Notes under the pieces: model-generated
Told to the model about the DNA's origin: nothing
Seen by the model: only the letters and a program-made list of their open reading frames with translations
Database searches by the model: none
Origin: Nostoc punctiforme PCC 73102
GTDB lineage: Bacteria > Cyanobacteriota > Cyanobacteriia > Cyanobacteriales > Nostocaceae
Length of the DNA: 32,000 nucleotides
Reading direction: 5' to 3'
Assembly: GCF_000020025.1 (NCBI RefSeq)
Contig: NC_010628.1
Coordinates: 6,810,001-6,842,000, forward strand
Program-made: the position numbers and the translations under genes
Part shown: positions 25,194-32,000 of the stretch, piece by piece
How the letters are laid out: every line of letters begins with the position of its first letter
Numbering within the stretch: the stretch's first letter is position 1

Positions 25194-26936
25194 ATGACAC
25201 AAGCTCAGTTGCAAGAAACTGCCAATATCCCCGCCCTTAGTGAGGAGCCGGGGATCAGAAAATGGCAAGACTACTTTGGCTTCAACACCGACCATAAGGT
25301 GATTGGGATTCAATACCTAGTCACTACGTTCATTTTCTACTGCATTGGTGGGGTGATGGCTGACTTGGTTCGTACAGAACTGCGAACCCCAGAAGTCGAT
25401 TTTGTCACCCCTGAAGTCTACAACAGCTTATTTACGCTGCACGCCACAATTATGATTTTCTTGTGGATCGTGCCAGCTGGTGCGGGTTTTGCTAACTTCC
25501 TCATCCCCTTAATGATTGGGGCAAAGGATATGGCATTTCCGCGCTTGAATGCTGTTGCCTTTTGGATGATTCCCCCTGCGGGTTTATTGTTGATCGCTAG
25601 TTTAGTGGTAGGCGATGCACCAGATGCAGGTTGGACTTCTTACCCTCCCCTGAGCTTGGTAACAGGTCAAGTCGGTGAGGGAATTTGGATTATGAGCGTC
25701 CTTTTACTAGGTACATCATCGATTTTAGGGGCAATCAATTTCTTGGTGACATTGCTCAAGATGCGTATCCCTGGTATGGGGGTTCATCAAATGCCCTTGT
25801 TCTGCTGGGCGATGTTTGCTACCTCGGCGCTGACTTTGGTATCTACGCCAGTGTTAGCAGCAGGTTTGATTCTGCTTGCCTTTGACTTAATTGCCGGTAC
25901 AACATTTTTTAACCCAACTGGCGGTGGTGACCCTGTAGTTTACCAACACATGTTCTGGTTTTACTCCCACCCAGCGGTTTACATTATGATTTTGCCCTTC
26001 TTTGGCGCAATTTCAGAAATTATCCCCGTCCATTCCCGCAAGCCGATTTTTGGCTATAAAGCGATCGCTTATTCGTCTCTTGCCATTAGCTTTCTGGGGC
26101 TAATTGTTTGGGCGCACCACATGTTTACCAGCGGTATCCCCGGTTGGTTGCGGATGTTCTTCATGATCACCACCATGATCATTGCCGTACCCACAGGGAT
26201 TAAAATTTTCAGCTGGTTAGCAACCATGTGGGGTGGAAAAATCCGGCTTAACACTGCCATGCTATTTGCCATCGGCTTTGTTGGCACCTTTGTGATTGGT
26301 GGGATCAGTGGCGTGATGTTGGCAGCAGTGCCCTTTGATATTCACGTTCACGACACCTATTTTGTGGTGGCACACTTGCACTACGTGCTATTTGGTGGTA
26401 GTGTTCTCGGCATTTATGCGGCGATTTACCACTGGTTCCCGAAAATGACGGGACGGATGGTGAACGAATTTTGGGGTAAGGTTCACTTTGCCTTAACAAT
26501 AGTGGGTCTAAACATGACCTTCTTACCAATGCACAAGCTGGGATTAATGGGCATGAACCGCCGTATTGCCCAGTATGACCCCAAATTTACCTTTCTCAAC
26601 GAAATCTGCACTTATGGCGCTTACATACTAGCAGTTTCGACATTCCCCTTCATCATCAATGCGATTTGGAGTTGGTTATACGGCGAGAAAGCTGGTAATA
26701 ATCCTTGGAGAGCATTGACCTTAGAATGGATGACTACATCACCACCTGCGATCGAGAATTTTGATCAAACCCCAGTATTGGCCACAGGCCCCTACGACTA
26801 CGGTTTGGAAAATGCTAATGAAGGTGTACCTTTATCCGATCCCAATCCAGTCTTATCTGCTGGGCCTAATTCAGTTTTACGCGCCGACCCAGACGAACCA
26901 TACCCAACAATTGAGTCTGAGTTAGAAAAGCGTTAA
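25188..26936 (+). CDS. ctaD: Cytochrome c oxidase subunit I
   Basis: 582 aa. WFYSHPAVY, VWAHHMF and HDTYFVVAHLHYVLF are haem-copper oxidase signatures. The start could be 25188 or 25194. Confidence 0.95.
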   Translation: MTMTQAQLQETANIPALSEEPGIRKWQDYFGFNTDHKVIGIQYLVTTFIFYCIGGVMADLVRTELRTPEVDFVTPEVYNSLFTLHATIMIFLWIVPAGAGFANFLIPLMIGAKDMAFPRLNAVAFWMIPPAGLLLIASLVVGDAPDAGWTSYPPLSLVTGQVGEGIWIMSVLLLGTSSILGAINFLVTLLKMRIPGMGVHQMPLFCWAMFATSALTLVSTPVLAAGLILLAFDLIAGTTFFNPTGGGDPVVYQHMFWFYSHPAVYIMILPFFGAISEIIPVHSRKPIFGYKAIAYSSLAISFLGLIVWAHHMFTSGIPGWLRMFFMITTMIIAVPTGIKIFSWLATMWGGKIRLNTAMLFAIGFVGTFVIGGISGVMLAAVPFDIHVHDTYFVVAHLHYVLFGGSVLGIYAAIYHWFPKMTGRMVNEFWGKVHFALTIVGLNMTFLPMHKLGLMGMNRRIAQYDPKFTFLNEICTYGAYILAVSTFPFIINAIWSWLYGEKAGNNPWRALTLEWMTTSPPAIENFDQTPVLATGPYDYGLENANEGVPLSDPNPVLSAGPNSVLRADPDEPYPTIESELEKR

Positions 26937-27127
26937 TCACATTTAGGGATTGGGCATTGGGGATGGGGCATTGGGTATGAGGAATAAGGCAAGGGCTAAG
27001 AGTTAATGCTCATTCATCATTTCTTCCACAGCTTCCCTAGCTTCTCCAGATCCCTGCTCTGTGCTCCCTTGCTTTTTCCCAATCTCCAATCCCTCTCCCT
27101 AACCTGTCCTTTAAATATTTAAAATTC

Positions 27128-27754
27128 ATGCAAAGTCAAACTATTGACCCAGCTAAAACCGAACTCAATCATCACCATACGGCGGAAGCATCTGTTGGTC
27201 ATCACGAAGAACATCCAGACCATCGTATGTTTGGGCTAGTTGTCTTCCTGATTGCTGAAGGGATGATTTTTATGGGGCTATTCGGAGCCTACTTGGCTTT
27301 CCGTGCTACCTTACCTGCATGGCCGCCAGCAGGTACCCCAGAGTTAGAACTATTGCTACCTGGAGTCAACACCATCAATCTAATTTCTAGTAGTTTTGTC
27401 ATGCACAATGCTGACACTGCTATCAAAAAGAACGATGCGCGGGGTGCCCAGATTTGGTTAGCAATTACTGCTGCAATGGGTGCTATTTTCTTGGTGGGTC
27501 AAGTATATGAATATACCCATTTAGAATTTGGTTTGACTACCAATTTATTTGCTAGTGCATTTTACGTTTTGACTGGTTTCCACGGATTGCACGTTACTAT
27601 TGGCGTTTTGGCTATTGTTGCCGTGTTGTGGCGATCGCGCCTTCCGGGCCACTATAGTAACGAAAAGCACTTTGGCATTGAAGCAGCCGAAATCTACTGG
27701 CACTTCGTTGACGTGATTTGGATTATTTTGTTCGGATTACTCTATCTGCTGTGA
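27128..27754 (+). CDS. ctaE: Cytochrome c oxidase subunit III
   Basis: 208 aa. FYVLTGFHGLHVTIG and YWHFVDVIW motifs. Confidence 0.95.
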   Translation: MQSQTIDPAKTELNHHHTAEASVGHHEEHPDHRMFGLVVFLIAEGMIFMGLFGAYLAFRATLPAWPPAGTPELELLLPGVNTINLISSSFVMHNADTAIKKNDARGAQIWLAITAAMGAIFLVGQVYEYTHLEFGLTTNLFASAFYVLTGFHGLHVTIGVLAIVAVLWRSRLPGHYSNEKHFGIEAAEIYWHFVDVIWIILFGLLYLL

Positions 27755-27796
27755 GTATTAATTATTTAGTTGTTTACTCCACGCGAACAACTTAAT

Positions 27797-27820
27797 AGGC
27801 CCCCAATAGGGGGCTTTTTT
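27797..27820 (+). terminator. Rho-independent terminator of the ctaCDE operon
   Basis: aGGCCCCC-AATA-GGGGGCt followed by TTTTTT, 43 nt after the ctaE stop. Confidence 0.8.
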
Positions 27821-28912
27821 AATTAATAGTTTTATTTTTTACTTAGTAAGGTTTATAGAAAATATACTAAAACAAGCTTAAACTACTCCCAATACTGCTC
27901 GTTTAAAAATTTTAAACTGGAATTTGGTTTGGGGAAAAGGTTACTGGGTTGGGGTTAAAGGTTTTTTCTTTCCCCTTTCCCATTCCCTTTTCCCCTTAAC
28001 CGACAAGTATTGAAACTACTCCTACTATTACTCTTTTAAATGCAACTGACTTATTGCAAGTAGCATATAGGACTCATATTTGATTTTTGAAAAGAACTTC
28101 GTACTCAAAAAGCCTTCTTTCCCATTGCGTCTTGGCTACCCACACAAGTAAGTATGGCTACGCCATACTGCGCGAACAAAACCTATTGAATAACCAGTTA
28201 ATATGCTGTAATTTGATACGTAAAAGATAGGCTAAACCAATAAATAAAGTTTGCAAATTTACACAGGTTGAATTCCAGTACCTATGCAAACAATAGTCAA
28301 AACCATGATTTTCAGTTAGTGATTGTTTGAAAAGTGTTTTACTGTGACTTTGGCACTTTAGAGGAATCTAAAACTTTTGATACCGACAAAAGACTTTTCA
28401 AACATCCTCTTAGAGGCAATTCATGGATTGTCACTGCGGTCTATACTTTGACATAAGTAATTTTTTATCGCGCGAAACAAGGATTATCAGGACTAAAATC
28501 CTTACTACAAACTTAATTTATTTACGCCTAGCTACTCAGTAATGACTAAAACTTGGTAACAAAATTGTGAAATACACTCTAAGCATGTCTGTGTTTTTAA
28601 ACTTTACTCTATAAGATTTTGTCAGTAATCAGACCCAAAGTTAAAATAAATAAATCTCCTAACTACTGAATGTTGCCTTCTGGCTACAGTTATAAATACT
28701 GGGGACTAGTGTTAAATTTACTTAAGTGATAAAATTATTGAACTATTCCAAAAATAAATTTTATATTAAGATATCTTGTAATAGGTATTAAATTAACCAA
28801 ATCAAGGAGCTAGCCATAAAAATGCTCCAAAGGATAGTTTGCCTGAAAAGGTAACTGCCTCAAATACTAACAAATATAGCGGCAGGTATTCATAACCTCA
28901 CCCAAGCTCTGA

Positions 28913-30229
28913 ATGGTCAGTAAATTAACAAGTAGTATACGCCACATGAGCCAGAACCCTCTAGTTAGAAAAAAACTTCGGAGTCGCTTTGAGACTGTCA
29001 AACTCTTGGAAAGCGGAGATTCTGGTAATACTTACTTGTTAGCAGGTGCTAGACGTAACATGCATCAATACTCTCTCACCAGAAAAACACTTCGGAATCG
29101 CTTTGAAATTATCAAGCACTTAGGAAGCGGAGGCTCTGGTGATACATACTTAGCCGTAGACCTAGATTTACCAGGACAACCCCATTGTGTGGTCAAACAT
29201 TTCCAACCAAAAGATTCCAATCCTGCTGTTCTACCCATCGCTAAAAAGTTATTTGATCGAGAAGCAGAAGTTTTATACCAGCTAGGCAACGATCACGATC
29301 AAATTCCTAGACTGTTTGCCCATTTTGATGAAGATGGAGATTTCTATTTAGTCCAAGAGTTTATTGATGGTCATGCGTTAACCCAAGAAATTGTCTCAGG
29401 TCAGCGTCTGAGCGAGAGTGTAGTCTTAAGTTTATTAAAAGACATTTTGGAAGTGCTGGCATTCGTCCATCAAAATAACATTATTCATCGGGATATTAAG
29501 CCCCAAAATTTAATGCGGCGGCGCTCCGATCGGAAGATTGTGCTAATTGACTTTGGGAGTATTAAGAAAATTGGTGCTTTGGGAGCAGGTTTAACTATTG
29601 CTGTTGGGACTCCTGGTTATATGCCAAGCGAACAGGCTAAAGGAAAACCAAAACTTTGCAGCGATATCTATGCAGTAGGGATGATAGGCATTCAAGCTTT
29701 GACAGGTTTAATCCCTGAGCAAATAAAAGAAGATCCCAATACTGGAGAAGTTCTCTGGCGCGATCAGGTACAGGTAAGTGATGCTCTTGCAAATATTTTA
29801 GATACAATGGTTCGCGATCGCTACAACCAGCGTTATCAGTCTGCTACAGAAGCTTTGCAAGCACTTAATTCTGCTCTGCTGTTGCCACAGTCATCAGAAT
29901 CTGCTGGCATCAACCAAAATTCTGATGATACCTATTTGCTAAATTATAGAAACTTTGTTTTGCTTCTAGGAATAGGGCTTGGTGCTACCACTAGTTTTAT
30001 AGTACTAATTTTAATCTATACATTTATTAATACAAGTGCATCGTCTCCAAACAAACCTACTCAATTAAATAATTTTATAGAAAAATTCGTTGAGCAACGA
30101 TTTACTAATGCCAATGTGAATAGCCTAACAGCCAAATCAGTAGCTAAAAAAGGAGTCTGCAAAAACAATTGCAGCATTGCAAAGACTACTAAAAAGCAAA
30201 TCAAATCTCATGATAGCAGTCCACTTTGA
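28913..30229 (+). CDS. Ser/Thr protein kinase (Hanks-type) with a C-terminal TM helix. The 5' end carries a duplicated G-loop segment, so the true start is uncertain (28913, 28946 or 29060).
   Basis: GSGGSGDTYLAV (G-loop), VVKHF (Lys), HRDIKPQN, IDFGS, GTPGYMPSEQ. TM segment FVLLLGIGLGATTSFIVLILIYTFI near the C-terminus. Confidence 0.9.
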   Translation: MVSKLTSSIRHMSQNPLVRKKLRSRFETVKLLESGDSGNTYLLAGARRNMHQYSLTRKTLRNRFEIIKHLGSGGSGDTYLAVDLDLPGQPHCVVKHFQPKDSNPAVLPIAKKLFDREAEVLYQLGNDHDQIPRLFAHFDEDGDFYLVQEFIDGHALTQEIVSGQRLSESVVLSLLKDILEVLAFVHQNNIIHRDIKPQNLMRRRSDRKIVLIDFGSIKKIGALGAGLTIAVGTPGYMPSEQAKGKPKLCSDIYAVGMIGIQALTGLIPEQIKEDPNTGEVLWRDQVQVSDALANILDTMVRDRYNQRYQSATEALQALNSALLLPQSSESAGINQNSDDTYLLNYRNFVLLLGIGLGATTSFIVLILIYTFINTSASSPNKPTQLNNFIEKFVEQRFTNANVNSLTAKSVAKKGVCKNNCSIAKTTKKQIKSHDSSPL

Positions 30230-30456
30230 TTTCTGTTCGCGCAGCGTGCTGTAGCGTAAGTGCGGTAGGTCTAGCTTCGCTAAAATCAAAGATGAGTCCA
30301 TACATTAGAAAAAGTTAATCATCTAGCAGCAATCATAAAAATACCTATTAACTAGCTATTACGTATTTAATTTAAATCTAAATATTCTAAAAATTATTCT
30401 ACGATGAATACTTATAAATTCCTGTAAGATCAATACAATAAACAACACTTAAAAAT

Positions 30457-31533
30457 ATGGACAATACAAATCAAAAAAAAGCTTTAATTAACAGCGAAAT
30501 CTCCCTCTTTCTTAGAGGTTTGATTATTGGTAAAGTGCTGACACTTATGGTTATTGGTGGGCTGCTTTGGTGGTTACTAAAGCCGAATTTATTGTCCCGT
30601 AACAGCGTTAACTCTTCTTCTAATCAAAGTTACAAGACCGTCTCTAATACTGCATCTAGTTTTCAGACAGTTGCAGATGTCCCCACTGCCTCATTTAACT
30701 ACGGAGGAAGTACAGCTTGGGCATCTATTCGGCAATTGGTAGATTCTCAGATTCAGAGCGATCGCCCGGAACTACAATTACGTTATGTAGACCCTGTTAA
30801 TGCTAGCCCTGGTTCTAGCTCAGGTATTAGGATGTTACTTGATGGGAAACTAGATTTTGCTCAGTCTTCTCGTCCCCTCACAGATGAAGAACAAGCTATA
30901 GCAAAAGCGCAAGGCTTCACCCTTGAGCAACGTCAGGTAGGTATAGATGGAATAGCAGTGGTAGTCAACCCATCACTCAATGTCCCAGGTTTAACTGTAG
31001 ACCAATTGCAGCAGATTTATTTGGGGAAAATTACTAACTGGAATCAAGTAGGTGGGCCCAACCTACCCATCACACCTTTATCTCAACGACCAAAGGACGC
31101 AGATACAGTAATATTCCCTAGCAACAGCGACTTGAAGGGGCAAGCACTTGGCTCGAATGTGCAATATGTCTACTCTACTACAGAGGCAGTGCGCCAACTC
31201 AGTAAAATCCCTGGTGGTGTGTATTATGGTTCTGCCCGTTCGGTAGTGCCTCAATGTAGTGTGAAGGCTTTGCCATTGGGTCAGACTGCTGGTCAATTAA
31301 TTCCCCCCTATCGGGAACCTATGGTGTCGTCTGAGCAATGTCCGCGTCAGCGCAATCAGCTAAATACTGAAGCTATCAAAAATGGCAGCTATCCGATGAT
31401 TGCTAATTTGTTTGTGATTATTAAGCAGAATAAAGGTCGGGAACAGCAGATTGGGGATGCATACACCAAACTTTTATTAACTGACCAGGGACAAAGAGCA
31501 ATTGAGCAAGCTGGTTTCGTCAGTGTTGACTAG
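30457..31533 (+). CDS. PstS-family (PBP-like) substrate-binding protein with an N-terminal membrane anchor
   Basis: TM segment LIIGKVLTLMVIGGLLWWLL. Then FNYGGSTAWASIRQ, GSSSGIRMLLDGKLDFAQSSRPLT, IDGIAVVVNP and LTVDQLQQIYLGKITNWNQVGG are typical PstS/PBP_like_2 strings. No pstCAB genes are adjacent. Confidence 0.8.
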   Translation: MDNTNQKKALINSEISLFLRGLIIGKVLTLMVIGGLLWWLLKPNLLSRNSVNSSSNQSYKTVSNTASSFQTVADVPTASFNYGGSTAWASIRQLVDSQIQSDRPELQLRYVDPVNASPGSSSGIRMLLDGKLDFAQSSRPLTDEEQAIAKAQGFTLEQRQVGIDGIAVVVNPSLNVPGLTVDQLQQIYLGKITNWNQVGGPNLPITPLSQRPKDADTVIFPSNSDLKGQALGSNVQYVYSTTEAVRQLSKIPGGVYYGSARSVVPQCSVKALPLGQTAGQLIPPYREPMVSSEQCPRQRNQLNTEAIKNGSYPMIANLFVIIKQNKGREQQIGDAYTKLLLTDQGQRAIEQAGFVSVD

Positions 31534-31565
31534 TAGATTTGGATGACAATTAAGCCTCCTTCCCC

Positions 31566-31600
31566 AAGAACCCCGACTTCTTAAAGAAGTCGGGGTTCTT
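31566..31600. repeat. Near-perfect 17-bp-arm hairpin AAGAACCCCGACTTCTT-A-AAGAAGTCGGGGTTCTT between convergent genes
   Basis: Read directly. It sits between the PstS-like stop (31533) and the xisI stop (31631). No U-tract on either strand. It could act as a bidirectional terminator or be a dispersed repeat hairpin. Confidence 0.6.
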
Positions 31601-31630
31601 ATAGAAGCTCTGAGTTGGAAATATTTACAT

Positions 31631-31966
31631 TTACTCGACAGCATAAGAAGTAAATTGGCGTTTAAAAGGAGAATGAAACCCAATCACAATATCAGAATGG
31701 GGTACACCTAACTCAACCAATCGTTCAGCAACAGACTCTTCTGTACCATTATACTGAATCCATATTTTCTCATTTTGAATATCAAAATGCATGACCGGGC
31801 CAAACACCCGCTTATCTCCTTGCCAGCCAACATAAGCTAGTTGATAATGGTCATTTTCATTGTCTAAAATTAATTGTGAATTTACTGTATCGGTATTAGA
31901 TGCTATTTGTTGATGTTCGCTCAATACTTGTTTGATAAGTTGTCGATAGCGTTCTATTTTATCCAT
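31631..31966 (-). CDS. xisI: XisI family protein
   Basis: 111 aa. MDKIERYRQLIKQVL..., DHYQL...GW and HFDI...KIWIQ.NGTE are typical XisI strings. Confidence 0.85.
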   Translation of the reverse strand: MDKIERYRQLIKQVLSEHQQIASNTDTVNSQLILDNENDHYQLAYVGWQGDKRVFGPVMHFDIQNEKIWIQYNGTEESVAERLVELGVPHSDIVIGFHSPFKRQFTSYAVE

Positions 31967-32000
31967 AGTCGAATTTCCTCACATCTTGGGTCGTAAACTA
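31954..32000 (-). CDS. xisH: XisH family protein, C-terminal fragment only (N-terminus beyond the right edge)
   Basis: The minus-strand translation ...VYDPRCEEIRLWIK-stop overlaps the xisI ATG in the usual xisH-xisI arrangement. Too short for a firm call. Confidence 0.45.
   Translation of the reverse strand, partial: VYDPRCEEIRLWIK

Noticed and set aside
28160-30246. CTGCGCGAACA (about 28160) and its complement TGTTCGCGCAG (about 30236) flanking the kinase gene, as possible terminal inverted repeats of a mobile element
   Set aside because: It is only an 11-nt match. Many such matches are expected by chance in a 32-kb window, and no transposase, target-site duplication or extended similarity is present.

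Overview
The window reads as chromosomal DNA from a filamentous, heterocyst-forming cyanobacterium (Nostocales-like). Three things support this. The HIP1 octamer GCGATCGC occurs about three dozen times by eye. Heptamer STRR-type arrays fill several intergenic regions. The gene content is typical: ntcA, a cyanoP-like gene, ctaAB/ctaCDE and xisHI. Most of the window is ordinary housekeeping: a Wza-like polysaccharide export gene (partial), an ABC ATPase, hisB, fabI, ntcA, a DUF3084-like coiled-coil protein, an RNase H-fold resolvase-like protein, an aldo/keto reductase, a PsbP-like protein, maf, dhaKL, a ferredoxin-MBL hydrolase, and the complete haem-A/cytochrome c oxidase block (ctaB, ctaA, ctaC, ctaD, ctaE). 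The standout is a same-strand, tightly packed cluster at about 15.37-21.34 kb. It encodes: (1) a minimal CHAT/caspase-like His-Cys protease with a C-terminal helical module; (2) a protein whose N-terminus repeats that helical module, followed by a P-loop domain with a destroyed Walker A; (3) a MoxR-type AAA+ ATPase broken by what looks like a 4-nt tandem duplication; (4) a CoxE-type vWA protein, start overlapping the ATPase stop; (5) a protein with an unknown N-terminal domain, a receiver domain and an IF2 N-terminal-like domain, which continues out of frame, across an A AAA AAT heptamer, into a GUN4-like domain. I interpret this as a vWA-MoxR-centred, effector-adaptor type conflict or cell-suicide system in an unusual and partly disrupted configuration. 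Secondary observations are a 21-bp tandem array upstream of dhaK, a small dispersed palindromic repeat present once empty and once with a nested insertion, a 114-nt in-frame duplication at the 5' end of a Ser/Thr kinase gene, a 1.1-kb ORF-free AT-rich gap, an orphan membrane-anchored PstS-like protein, and an xisH/xisI pair at the right edge. All calls come from reading the sequence and ORF translations by eye. No database search was run.
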